A stretch of DNA of 60,232 bases, counting the filler, from Dugesia japonica (taxonomy: Eukaryota): assembly GCA_001938525.1 (NCBI GenBank). It is 5 parts of 5 records of this genome, joined end to end, with 100 filler letters (N's around TTAATTAATTAA, not from the genome) between each part and the next. Parts side by side here need not be neighbours in the genome. Positions count along the whole stretch, not along the records: positions 19,729 to 32,320 come from MQRL01639919.1; positions 32,421 to 42,487 come from MQRL01220560.1; 3 more parts are not named here. One strand, 5' to 3'. The notes beneath the pieces were generated by a model that worked only from the letters and a program-made list of their open reading frames with translations, made no database searches and was not told where the DNA came from. Both the position numbers and the translations under genes were made by a program. Below, piece after piece: positions 22,845 to 35,775 of the stretch. Positions within the stretch are counted from its first letter, which is position 1, and every line of letters begins with the position of its first letter.

Positions 22845-24301
22845 TATTATGTCAAAAATGTCAACGCACCATTCTCAATTTTTCATATATTACTATTATT
22901 TAATATTTCTCCTTCAACTTGACCAATCAATGACAGTATTTGGTTTGATTTTGAAATACAATGAGTACATTTCCACGATTGGTTTCTGATAATTAACTGC
23001 ATTAATTTTATCTACCTAATTTTCGATAATACTATTCATAGCTTTATTTAACTTTATTTAACTTTGTTGACTCTGTGGGTAAAGATGATTTGATAAGTCT
23101 TTGTAGAGTTCCCATGATTTCGGTTTGATAATAAAATCTTTTAACTTTTTAAAGAAATTCTTCAGTATTGTTTGATTACTTAAAAAATTACAACATTGGA
23201 AACAAAGTCTATTGGAAAAAAGAATCATCAAATTTTGTTCAAAATTTTTAAAAAATTTAATTCAGTTATTAGACTCAAAAATACACTTTAAAATAATTAG
23301 GTATCATCAAATCTGCTAAAATGAAAATATTTAATTATAGAAATAAAATTTTTCAATGAAATAATAACGAATAAATTCATAATTTTAGTTAATTAAAAAT
23401 TTTGTCATTAAAATTGAACAACTCTGTCACGAAATTTTGTCTGACAAAATTTGCTTGTAAATCAAACTCGAGTAAAAATAAAAATTCTTAAAAAATTAAC
23501 TAAATACTTTTTGGACATTCAACTAATGTATTCAAACAACTCGATTAATTGTTATGGAATTATTGTATTATTACAATTAATTACAAAAAAAATTTACAAT
23601 ATAAATTCATAAACGTAACATTATCCAAGAGGCGCATTTTCAAAATTCTATATGGATTTAAAAATTTTTAATTTTTGATAAAGTATATAATGTGAATGAA
23701 TCTAAGACATCGTCTTAAAACCAATGAAAATGTAATTTCCAAAAAATAATTAATTTAATTTGGTTGTATTTATATTAATTTGAATATTTTTACAAATATT
23801 TTTACAAACTTTTTAAAATTTAATCTATTGTTTCTTTTTTGTTTTCAATTGACTTTGTTTTCAATGTTGTAAATATTTAATGTAAATGAAATAAAGACAT
23901 CATCTTAAAAACATTGAAAATCTAATTTCCCAAAATTAATAAATTTAATTTGGCTGAATTTATATTAATTTTGCAATATACTTAAAATATCTTATGATTT
24001 ATTTAATTAAGCATCTAACAAATGTAAGCCTTTAATGCATTCTTATCACTAGAAAATCAAAATGCAATCCCGCCACTAAAACGTGCTTCTGCAGCAAGCA
24101 CAATTGCAAAAAAACCTAAATGTTCCATCGTGCATTTTCACCTTTAAAAATATATTCAAATCTCTTATAATAGCTTACTTGAAATACTTTCATTACCAGC
24201 CTTCATTAAAATAAATAAATTTACTTTTTAAACATAATAAAATTATTGCAATGTTTACTAAATTGCCAATAATATCAAATTTGAAATAAAATATTAATCG
24301 T

Positions 24302-24312
<11 letters not shown>

Positions 24313-24374
<62 letters not shown>

Positions 24375-24424
24375 NNNNNNNNNNNNNNNNNNNNNNNNNN
24401 NNNNNNNNNNNNNNNNNNNNNNNN

Positions 24425-24488
<64 letters not shown>
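24313..24488. repeat. (AAT)n microsatellite
   Basis: Direct reading; internal N gap. Confidence 0.95.
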
Positions 24489-24491
<3 letters not shown>

Positions 24492-24977
24492 TTATTTGTA
24501 TACAAAAAATTGATATTTTAAAATTCAAACAAAATTAAACTGTTTTCAAAATAAAATTCAATTAGACGTTTTTTGAAATAAAAAAAAATTATTTTTAACA
24601 CATTGTGTAAACAAATATGCATCATAGTTTGTTATTTATTTAAAGAGAAATTTAGAATAATTTAATTTTAAATTTAAACAATAAAATTAACTGTTACGTT
24701 GGAGTTGAAAATTTCAACATTGTGGAAACGAAAGATCATTTATGTTTAAAATATGAAAATAAAAAATAATATTACATCAAAAATTTTAATATTTTTTAAC
24801 AAATGTATTATAATTTTAAAATGGAATTTGATATAATATAAATTTGAATTTTGTGATCACGTAATTTTTTTTAAAAGAATTGGCCAAAAGGCTACATCTG
24901 TATTGATATTTACTGGCAACATTGAAAATATAATCGTTCAAAATACTAAATACAAACTGTTAGTAAGTTGGTATATC

Positions 24978-25715
24978 GGTATACGGACAGTTCATCAACG
25001 GACTGTTCATCAAGAGGACAGTTCATCAACGGACTGTTCATCAAGAGGACAGTTCATCAACGGACAGTTCTTCAAGAGGACAGTTCATCAACGGACTGTT
25101 CTTCAACGGACTGTTCATCAAGAGGACAGTTCATCAANNNNNNNNNNNNNNNNNNNNNNNNNNNNNNNNNNNNNNNNNNNNNNNNNNNNNNNNNNNNNNN
25201 NNNNNNNNNNNNNNNNNNNNNNNNNNNNNNNNNNNNNNNNNNNNNNNNNNNNNNNNNNNNNNNNNNNNNNNNNNNNNNNNNNNNNNNNNNNNNNNNTGAC
25301 AATCTAGGAAAGTTTAATACTATTGTATATAAAACTAGGAAATTTTATATATATTGCGAAATTATCCAAAGATTATAATCAATTGGAATAGCAAAACAAT
25401 TATCTAAGATAAATAGTTTATTGAAAAGAATATTTACTACAATTATAGGTTACTAAAGCCATTATATGTTTTTAATCTGTATATTGTTTAATATAATATT
25501 CATGTGTTCTTTGATTAACAAATCTTTATTGTTTGCGTCATTGAAATTTCGCAGTATAAATTAAATTTCCTAGTTTTATATACAATAGTATTAAAATTTC
25601 CTAGATTCTCAGTTTTTTGATGAACAGTCCGTTGATGAACAGTTCTCTTGATGAACAGTCTTCTTGATGAACAGTCTTCTTGATGAACAGTCCGTTGATG
25701 AACAGTCCTAGATTC
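24978..25715. mobile_element. Foldback/MULE-like non-autonomous element; long TIRs built from 15-16 bp tandem units (ggac[a/t]gttcatcaa[c/ga])
   Basis: Left array 24985-25137 is mirrored by 25618-25708; inner inverted repeat 25297-25345 / 25563-25611; degenerate TSD ggtatatc/agtaaatc. Confidence 0.85.
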
Positions 25716-26639
25716 AGTAAATCAGTTAAACCATCGATTTTTCAAAAAGCTACAATAAAATCCTAATTGTCATTCAAAAAAAGAATAAATATAAAATTAT
25801 ACTAGTCTGTTCAAAAATTATATTTCAAAAGGTTATTCAAAATTAACATAAAAAACATTCATGGAAAAATTTGAATGCCATAAGTAATTTGATAACAAAT
25901 CACTGTAATCACTCTTTAAATATTAATTTCTTAAATAATTTGAATTGAGTATAATATTATTACTGAAGAACCTTCATTTAAGATTAAAATTTTAAATTTC
26001 GTAAATTATATTCACAACTAAACTTTTCATTTGTATAACAAAATGTTTGAAAGCATATTCGTTTTACACAAATATAGAATAAACATATGGAAAATATACC
26101 GATGAAAAGATTCTGCATAGATATTGTTATCGGAAACATTATATTTAGAAATATTGTTATTAGAGAGTATCTTATTGAAGCCGTCAGAGAAAAATTCAAT
26201 ATAACTCCTGAAGATTATGTGTCAAGAATAAGAAATACGTTTGAAGTTAAAAACAATTTGACCAATGATTTAGATATGCTATTAAATTACAGAAGAGTTT
26301 ATAATTCTGTTGAAACATAAATTGCCTAAATAGAGATAAAACACAAATTAACATCAAACTCGTCGCATTTTTTTTGAAACTTTGTTTATATAAAGAAAAG
26401 CAGAATAAGGCAATTTGAACAATTTGAAATGACGAAGATGTGTTGAAGACAAAATTATTTAAAGAAGTTTTAATAAAATATGTGGAAGTTGAATCCAAAG
26501 GACCAACTCAGACCAAATATATTAAAAAAATTTTAACCCATTTTATCTTCTTACAGTATATATTCCTTAAAACTAGGTGCGACGAAAAAAAACCGGCCCG
26601 GCCATATATGTCATATATAATCAAATTTCCAAATAAATT

Positions 26640-27240
26640 TATTTTTATACACAAATCAATATGAATCAATAATGTAATTGCCATCGTTATCGATAACCAC
26701 TTTCCATCTGTTGACCGAAGCTTCAATTCCATCAGCAAAACATTTGCTCCGTTTTTCGACGAAAAACGAACCCAATCCCGATAATACTTCATCTTTATTA
26801 TTAAACACCTTCTCCCTAAGGAAAGGCTGCAAAGAACGGAATAGATGATAATCTGATGGTACAATGTCAGGAATATAAGCCGGATGAAACATCACTTTCA
26901 AATTTAACTCATTGATCTTTTGTAGAGTAACTCTTGAAAAGTTAAGAAGGATAACACATTTTCTCTTAATTAATTTCGAGTGATTCATTTTCAGTGCTTC
27001 AACTAATCGGTCTAATTGGTGAAAATAAATATTTGAGTAAATAATATGTTCATAATCAAAGTCCTCCCAATGCACGATACCTTTCTGGTACCACCAGAAA
27101 AAAAAACAAATATTTATTTGCGTTGACATTTGATCTTGCCGCCGGAACTGTAGTTTCTCAACTAGAAAACCTACTTTTCATCAGAAGTAACAATTCTCTT
27201 CAAAGATGGTTTCTTTTCATTTCTAAAAATGTTCGAGTTT
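26640..27240 (-). mobile_element. Mariner transposase remnant
   Basis: SLKRIVTSDEK; WWYQKGIVHW..HPAYIPDIVPSDYHLFRSL..RWKVVIDNDGNYI. Confidence 0.92.
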
Positions 27241-27267
27241 GCAATAAGACTTTAATTACAATAAATA

Positions 27268-27629
27268 CAGGTAACCCTCCTAAAACGAAGTAGCTAGGTT
27301 CCTAAAAATTTCCGTGTTGTAAGAAATCGTGTTGTAGAAGACGTTATGTACGGGAAAAAACCTTTTTTTAAATTGAAATAAAAAAATGTTTGAAAAAAAT
27401 TGCGTTACATATAAAAAGAATTCCGTGAAAATCGCGTTGTAGGAGTCGCGTTATAGGAAAATTTTTGCAGTTTGCGAACCGCGTTGTAGTGAAACCGCGT
27501 TGTAGTGGAACCGCGTTGTAGTGAAATCGCGTTGTAGTGGAACCGCGTTGTAGTGAAACCGCGTTGTAGCAAAACCGCGTAGTAGCGAAATCGAGTTATA
27601 GAAGTTCCACGTTGTAGGAGGATTACCTG
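27268..27629. mobile_element. pogo/Tigger-type MITE with an internal 16-bp tandem array (gcgttgtagtgaaacc)
   Basis: TA|CAGGTAACCCTCCTA...TAGGAGGATTACCTG|TA. Confidence 0.88.
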
Positions 27630-28479
27630 TAACTTGATTTTTCCTTTAATCAGCTCTTTGATTAGAGCCTTGATTAAATCCATATAATAGACAATGTCTT
27701 ATGCGTGTCTTATTCACTTTTTTAGTCATTACTGGATAATTAATGATTAGAGCTAAAAATAAAATTTAAGTTACATGATTAGATAAATCATTAAATAAAA
27801 CCATTACAAACAGTGATGGTGGTAAAAATCAATCAAATGTAAAATAAAACATTTCAAACATTACTTTAACTTATAGCCGGTTAATTTTCGTAACATAAAT
27901 TATTAAGATAAATTATTTAACTTACTTTCATTGTAACATCATATAAAATTTCAAGGTTATACATCTCGAAATTTTCAAAAATAGATTTTTATATGTTTAA
28001 ATTATTAAAATTAATGACAGAATTTTTAAATAAAATTTTTAAACTTAAAATAAAAATTATATATCAAAAAATATTGATTGTTTGTAGGTCATAACACTAT
28101 TTGTTCACGTTTTTGACCAAATAATAAGAAATATGGAATAATAGTAAGTCTTAACCAAACAAATAAAACAAAAAATAATTTTGAATAAAATGTCAGTTTT
28201 CCACAAATTCTCAATTTAAAAGGTCATTTTTTGACCTACATTTTAAAAAAAACTGAGAAATAGAACAATGAAGTGGAATAAATGTTTGTCTGAAAGAGAC
28301 CTTATCTATTGATATATGAATTATGAAAATCGGCCAAAGGATTGTTGAGAAAGTTTTATCTCTGTATACTTGTTGCAAGTATACTTGTTGCAAGTATGAA
28401 AAAATATGAAAAAAAATTATACATTGAATCATTAGAAAGTTAAATCAATTATGCAACCAATACTAGTTTATAAAGATTC

Positions 28480-28541
28480 AACATTTCAACGAGTATAAAC
28501 CACGAAGCGCAAGGTGAGCGAAGAGACGGGCGATTTCTAGT
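28480..28541 (+). mobile_element. Probable Helitron 3' terminus
   Basis: GC-rich cgaagcgc..gagcgaagagacggg followed by CTAG|T. Confidence 0.45.
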
Positions 28542-29015
28542 AAATTTAACAGTATTATCTCATATTTATAATGGGTGTGTGTGTGTTTTTAGTAGATTTT
28601 ATTAATTTGAACATAAATTTAGGCAATTAAACCCAACTTCGCGCAAAGATATTTTCTTGATAATCAATGGAAGGCATGACACTCAAGTATTAATTATTTA
28701 ATATGTTTAACTTATAAATAAAATTACAAAATAAGCAGGACAGCGATTTTATAATCAATACAAATAGAATTTTGATTTCAATCATTTCAGAAAAATAATA
28801 CATTTTATAATGTTCATGTAATAAGAATTAATTAAAGAAGCATTTTAATTATTCTTTCAAAATATTAAAATTATAAATCACGCTGATTAATTGGCGGAAC
28901 ATTATATATTTCCACGCAAATATTTATTTAAATATCAAATGACTCTTTATAATTTTATCGGTAAATTCTATTAAATAAAGAGACTACTAAAGTATTTTAA
29001 AATTTTTATATTATC

Positions 29016-29021
<6 letters not shown>

Positions 29022-29079
<58 letters not shown>
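29022..29079. repeat. (TTA)n microsatellite
   Basis: Direct reading. Confidence 0.95.
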
Positions 29080-30494
29080 NNNNNNNNNNNNNNNNNNNNN
29101 NNNNNNNNNNNNNNNNNNNNNNNNNNNNNAGTGCGGGTTGTAAAACGAACTCTTCTAAGTCCAGTCTTGTATCTGGGAAATTCAACGTTAAAGAATTTGA
29201 AGTGTCAACTGAGCCTGGATTTTCATCACTCTAAAATAGCATGTGAATAATAATTTATAATATAATATAAATGTGATTATTTCATTGTAATTACAATATA
29301 AATTATTATGATTATTTGTGAGATAAATTATTTCCTTATTCTTTAAAGAAAACATATTTTAAGTAATTTGTGATTAATAATTAATATTTATTAAATTTAT
29401 TGTAATTAAATTATAAATCTACTCAAATCAGATTAATCAAATAAGATCAACAATAAATAATCGTATTAATTTTAATGTAAATTTAAAGGAAGCAGGAATA
29501 TTGAAGTATTGTTTGTAAACAAAATTAACATTTGTAGTTTATTATATAATAAGAAAACTAAAATAATTTTAATTGCATTTATGTGAATTAAAAATTAAGT
29601 TATTTAACTAACTAATGATTTTATTCGTCGAATTATTTGATAACCACAATTAAAAAATAAGTTAGTACAGTAGTACCCAAANNNNNNNNNNAAAACACCC
29701 CGTCGCACTCAAAAAGACTCTTGAGAATCCAAGAAGTATCGATAACGGGTTGGATCGACAAGGAACCATCAATGAAGAGGTTGAGAAGTATTGTGAGGCT
29801 TACCGCAGTAGAGCTCAGGGAAGTAATGAAGAATTGATAACTGGGATATATATAATTAACCCATAAATTAAAAACTTGTATAATAATAGATCAATATTTT
29901 GATTTGTAGCGCAGCAAAACATAAAATTTTGAGAACCACTGTGCAAGTACGTTTAATAACAATAACTTATACTTTTTTAAAGTGGTTGGGTTATTTTGTA
30001 TTTTCCACACTAAAGTTCATATTATAAAATTAATAAACTCATCAATTTTTTTGAAGATTTAGTCTTGGAATCTAAATCTGTAGAAAACTTTACATTGACT
30101 TACATGTTTTCATTAAATTTTAAGTATTTTATATTAAAATTTTGAAAAATAAATATGATATACAGAAAAACAAAAAATTATTGTTATCTATATCAGTAAA
30201 ACTGCTTTACAAATTTTCTCAAATAATATTTAGTGATGTATTCATATTTTACAAGATAAGCCAAAACAACATTTTTTGATAAAATTTCAATCGATATAAA
30301 ATCAATAAAATATGAAATTAAGAGTTATAAATACAACCTAACAAATTTAAATAATTAATAACAGAATTGGTAACAAAACCAACAAAATTAACAAAACCCG
30401 AACATAACGTTGTTTATTGATGCTATATAATGTGTGTTTTTCTGTGTGTAATATTATGGCTTAACATGTGAATTGACATTTGTTTTGTATGCAA

Positions 30495-30950
30495 TTATCC
30501 GTTTGTATGTGTTGACAAATGTCTATTTTGTACCTCTATTATTGGTTTGTTTGCTAAGTTGCATTTGATGGCAATTAATTTTGAATTGAGCATATCTAAG
30601 TCTTGATTCAATTTTTTGTCATCTCCGTTGTTATTTTTGATGGATGAAGCCAGAAACAAACCGGATTTAACAGACAATTTAGATAGCGTAACGTTATTTT
30701 CTTTTATTTGCTCTTCATTTGTTTCGTTGATAGCTTTCTTTCCGTCATTATTAATTAAATCATTTTTAATTTTGTCACATTTTGACTTGTGTATTTTTCG
30801 ATGACTACGTTTTTTGCTTTTGTCATTTTCAATAATCATAGCTTCGTTTGATTGTTTATTTGATGAAGTTTTATCAACCATGTCAATTATTGGAGTTGCA
30901 TTATTAGACCTACAGTTTATTGTTGATTGAGTCCAAGATTTTTTCAAATT
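30495..30950 (-). CDS. Terminal exon of an unidentified gene (Lys/Asn-rich, likely disordered C-terminus)
   Basis: ttcag acceptor just upstream of 30950, 151-codon open frame to a stop, AATAAA on the minus strand at 30413-30418; no recognisable domain. Confidence 0.55.
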   Translation of the reverse strand, partial: NLKKSWTQSTINCRSNNATPIIDMVDKTSSNKQSNEAMIIENDKSKKRSHRKIHKSKCDKIKNDLINNDGKKAINETNEEQIKENNVTLSKLSVKSGLFLASSIKNNNGDDKKLNQDLDMLNSKLIAIKCNLANKPIIEVQNRHLSTHTNG

Positions 30951-31757
30951 CTGAATTTCAATAAAGAAATTTTAATTGATTACTTGTAAAGCGGAAATCA
31001 AAATAAAATGATAATTCAAAAATTTCTTTAAAAAAACGACATTAATAAATATGCAAATAAATTAAACAATATCTTAAAAGTATTATTCAAATGTCATTAA
31101 AATTCTCCGCATGTAAATTAATTATCATGTATGATAAATATTTTTCTTATTAATTATATTATACACCTATATCTTGGTTTGCGTGTTTCCGCTTTACGGG
31201 AATTTTGTTTTTGTTCTCAAAATTCATTTTGAGATTTGATTTACTTTGCATAAATATTTTAGGCAACACTAAAACAAATAATTTGTTCATATAATAATAC
31301 TTATATGAACAACATTTCGCATAAATTAATACTCAGTACAGGAGAAAAAATCGATTTATTGAACGATTTGACTCATACATTTCTCAATATTAGCGGAAGA
31401 AATGGTTTTTAAACTCATTCATAATTTAGTTTAAATGCAAATTTCATGTCATCAGTGATTTAAATATAATTTAAAACTTTAATTTCACATAGGTTATGTA
31501 ACTGGCAAACTTAAATTAAGGTCGGTTTTAAATAAACTTTCTAACAATCATTCATTTCAAATTTACTCTTGTTTTGAAATGGAAAATAAATATATTAGTT
31601 CATTAACTACTGTTTTAGAATTCTGTTTTAGATAATTCTTTTTAGTTATTAAAAAAAGGTAATTAAGACCANNNNNNNNNNNNNNNNNNNNNNNNNNNNN
31701 NNNNNNNNNNNNNNNNNNNNNNNNNNNNNNNNNNNNNNNNNNNNNNNNNNNNNNNNN

Positions 31758-32320
31758 TATTACAAGTCTTTTAATAAAATGAAAAATGATAAAGCACAAT
31801 TCACAATATTCAAACAAATAATCTGAGAAATCTTAATAAAACCTGTTTTATATTTTAAAAGTTTCAAAAAACCAAGTTTAATATTATAAATAAAAATTAA
31901 AAAATCTCAGATATTTGAAATCCATGAATTGATACTAACATCCCACTCTTTAAAATTTTTTTTAATTTTTTCAACATTTCTTTCAATCATCTTGCCTTCT
32001 GAACTCTTCAGCAGGTATCGTCTTTCATGAATCTGTTTTATCACCTNNNNNNNNNNNNNNNNNNNNNNNNNNNNNNNNNNNNNNNNNNNNNNNNNNNNNN
32101 NNNNNNNNNNNNNNNNNNNNNNNNGTCTCTTTGTTGGTGTCAACTCTTCAGATTCTTCCTTCTTTTCTCCATTATTGAACCATCGTTCTCTATGTATCTT
32201 CTTGCCGAATATCACTTCTGCTGGACTTATGCCCAAAGTCTTTTGCCTTGTTGCATTTAGAGTATATTCGATTTCTGGTATTAACTCTGCCAAATTTTTA
32301 TTCTTTTTATCTTTTAATGT
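31758..32320 (-). mobile_element. Gypsy 3' end: integrase C-terminus, PPT and 3' LTR
   Basis: AELIPEIEYTLNATRQKTLGISPAEVIFG..RRYLLKSSEGKMIERNVEKIKK; PPT aaagagtggga followed by TGTTAG at 31940. Confidence 0.85.
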
Positions 32321-32420
32321 NNNNNNNNNNNNNNNNNNNNNNNNNNNNNNNNNNNNNNNNNNNNTTAATTAATTAANNNNNNNNNNNNNNNNNNNNNNNN
32401 NNNNNNNNNNNNNNNNNNNN
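32321..32420. other. Artificial contig spacer
   Basis: 44N-TTAATTAATTAA-44N. Confidence 0.97.
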
Positions 32421-32429
32421 ATTTAACAT

Positions 32430-32710
32430 GTAAATATTACTGTAAAAACATCAGGATGTAGTTTAATCTGTGGATCAGAATCACTACTAAATTTTTATTA
32501 ACATTAATATGAAAACAATTTGTAGCATGTTTATCCAACCTTATAAAGCAGCCAGATTTCGATTGTGATAATTCAAGTACATTCACGAATGTTGAGTCTG
32601 ATTTATCGAATTTAGTTTCATATTTATAACTCTCAAACCAAAAATACACAATTGCTGAGTGTATTATATTAGAAATAATTTCCATAAGCCAGATAATTGA
32701 TGGATATTAT
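32430..32710 (-). CDS. Possible exons of an unidentified membrane-protein gene, split by a ~51-nt intron
   Basis: YPSIIWLMEIISNIIHSAIVYFWFESYKY...GCFI ag|gttgg...tttag|..SDSDPQIKLHPDVFT|gtaat; no homology recognised. Confidence 0.3.
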
Positions 32711-33724
32711 TATTATTTTATTGAAACTATGCACAAATCTTTATTAAATACGATTGTTATTAGTTAATGTTTATTTTACGGATATTACAAATAATTAAAT
32801 TATGTTTTAAAACTTCGTTTATAATGAATAATTAAATTTGATCAATTTAAACAAAACAAAATGTTGTAATTTTTATTAATATTAACTAAAAGTGTTTTAT
32901 AAACTAAAAATTCAGTAAAATAGATTTTAATAAAATATGTTTAAACAAATAAAACTTAATTTGAAAAATAATTACTTCATTAAAATCAAAAATATTAATT
33001 TGAAATTTGAGTAAATAACTTTAAATGCATAATGAAATATTTAAAAAAAAATAATTTTATAGTTAATAAATTATTAATCAAAAAGATAATATTAAAAATT
33101 TTATAATCACATTGATAACTAGAATAATTCACAAAAGTAGTAGAAATGTAATTCATATGTTCTAAAATTTATTTGATAAATTTAATAATCAATTCTTATC
33201 CAACTTATCTTTTGAACTTTCTGACCCGTAAAGTTTTAAGATTTTCACAAAAATAAAATATTTACAATAATTCAATGTAATTTAAAATAATGCATATGAA
33301 GACACCCTGTAGATTCAAAATTTCTACAATAAGCGAGATTTTTAGTATATAAGTAATATTTTCGAAGATAGCTGATAATTTAACGATTTGCATTGATATC
33401 GAGAAAAAATAATTCATATATATAATATATATTGTGCATACATCACATGACAAACAGCATATAGTCAACCAAGATTTGATAATTCAACCCAGTCAATAGA
33501 AAACTACTAAAAATAATAATCATAATTTTTTTTAATTAATTTAAACTTTGATTAAATTATAAATTACTTAATTTAGAAAATAAAAATTATAAGTTATTTA
33601 CTATTATATTTTTAGGCCAAAAGAATTACTATTATTAGAAGTCATAAATAAAAGGCGCTATTTACAAATGTTATGTTGGACGACTTATAGATACTTTTAA
33701 ATAATATAAATACTGCTTTAATAA

Positions 33725-34610
33725 TCAGCCAAAACACTTAAAGTACATGTGCAGTAATCTCCAGTGCACTACGTAATTGAACTTAGTAATTAAAAAATGA
33801 ATCAAGATTAATTTCTTGACTTTGCTTCCTGAAAAACATTGATGTTCAGCTGCAATGGGTAAGTCACATATATATTCATGAAGTTCGTTCGTAATCTCAA
33901 TGTCAACTTTTAGAGTGTATCCATATTGTAACAATTTGAGATCTACATATTTACATTCTTCTAAACCTAATTCTAATCCACAATAAACCCATTGAAAATC
34001 TTTGTATGGTAACTTCTGGCTCAAAGCCCAACCATACAGGTTATTTATATCGATGTATAACAACTGTGTTTTCAACTGAAATAATATGATGTTTGTTGAT
34101 TAAGGTGAGTTCACCTCTAATTCCACCTTCAAAAAAATATACAAGTTTTTATCCGTCAAAAGCTCGATGGGTTCGTTTTAAGTCATAAAAGCAGATGCTC
34201 AGCTCATACCTGGAATGCCAAATAAATTTAAGGGTTACAGACGGTTGCGAGCTAATGACTTAACTCGGAATTGCTGAAAAAAGTCATCTAGAAGAAAGAC
34301 GTCCAACTTCATGTTCACCAGTATATAGTCCAGTAAGTTTTGATATTTCAAGATTTTCCACATATTCACCACTTTTTTCATTTTCTTCATCACTAACTCC
34401 ATCACATTTTGAGAGCATTATTATTAACCTTTGTATTAACCAGTAATCGTAAACTAGTAGCGTGATTGTATGGAAAATTTCTCTTTGTCCTTAAAATTCT
34501 GCTGTCAAAAAATTCATGTGATGTTTAAAATGTTGTTTTCATAGTTTTAACATCTTAATTCAGAGATGAATTGATAAATTGAAATGTATCAATAAATCTA
34601 ATGGTAGGTG
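33725..34610 (-). mobile_element. Polinton/Maverick (adintovirus-like) protein-primed DNA polymerase B pseudogene fragment
   Basis: In order: IRFIDTFQFINSSL, KLDVFLLDDFFQQFR, YIFFEGGIRG, LLYIDINNLYGWALSQKLPYKDFQWV, GYTLKVDI, NYVVHWRLL; stops and frameshifts present. Confidence 0.85.
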
Positions 34611-34821
34611 ATTGTGTTTGATGTGCAATAGTACACAAGAACTTTTAACTTGTAGTTTTAATTCAGTAATCCACCGTGGATCATGGTCGGTTCCATACTC
34701 ACTTATTGATTCCCATAAATTTGACACATTGTTCAGAATATTCGATTGGAAGGAACACTATCCTGGCTTTAGCGATTCATTAGCTACTGTTGTTGTCAGC
34801 GATTTGAACATTTTAGATATT

Positions 34822-34990
34822 AACATTAACTCTTTGTCTTTTTTTAAAATATTAATAATTTATAATACAAATCAAATAATAACATTAATTCTTTTATCGT
34901 TTATCAAAATGTTAATAATTTATAATACAAATCTAATGTAATAATTTCAATTTATTATAATGTAATAATTTCAATTTATTATAATGTATT
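34822..34990. repeat. Tandem duplications (~60-bp unit x2, then 24-bp unit x2)
   Basis: aacattaa..ttaataatttataatacaaatc twice; aatgtaataatttcaatttattat twice. Confidence 0.75.
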
Positions 34991-35572
34991 ATTATTAATA
35001 TAAAATCAAAGTTTACTCTGGACTAATTCACGATCAATAATCATTGCGGATGAGGTTGATTCTCTAACTAAATTCATGTTGGCTATCCAGTCACATTCTC
35101 CTTCCATAGAACTTCGTTAACTCATCTTCATGTACATATTCATAATCCTATATTAACTGAGAGATCCATCCTCCTCCGAATAACTATTGATCCATCGGCC
35201 AGCTCAATTAAACATTAAAATTTCATTCTACTAATAATCATCTGCAATAAAACTAATTGATATCAATCAAATAATATTTTCATATAAATTGTACAAATAG
35301 TAAAACATAACATAATCAATATTAGAATAGGCTAAGATTCAACCACCACACTTTATTATCTATTTCAATTTATATCGTTTATCCACTGAACATCTTCAAC
35401 TTTCTACTTTACATATCATCTCACATATACCGTACCATCTCATCACATCTATCATTTTCTAAACACCGTAACATCTCTCGTACCTCACATATCATCTTTC
35501 ATTCACAACCCATGACATTGTTTATTATAAACATCTTTTATAATCGTTACCATCTAACAACCGCTTTTTTAA

Positions 35573-35775
35573 ACATTATATTATTATAATCTTTCAATGT
35601 CATAACATTATAAACTTTCATTGTCAAATCATTTTCATCTTTCCATGTCCTAGCATTATAAACTTTCAATGTCACAGCATTATAACCTTGCGGTAAAATA
35701 GCATTATAAACTTTCAAGATCATAGCATTATAAACTTTTATAAACTTTCATTATCATAGCATTATAAATTTTTAT
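35573..35775. repeat. Degenerate 24-bp minisatellite (catagcattataaactttcaatgt)
   Basis: About 8 diverged copies. Confidence 0.8.

Noticed and set aside
24193-24528. Poly-Leu/Ile/Tyr ORFs (also 46935-47277)
   Set aside because: Translations of (AAT)n microsatellites and N gaps.
24985-25137. CRISPR-like repeat array
   Set aside because: Contiguous 15/16-bp units with no unique spacers, mirrored as a TIR, no cas genes, eukaryotic context.
27478-27600. Repeat-protein ORF 27405-27683 or CRISPR-like array
   Set aside because: Translation of a MITE minisatellite lying inside TA-flanked TIRs.
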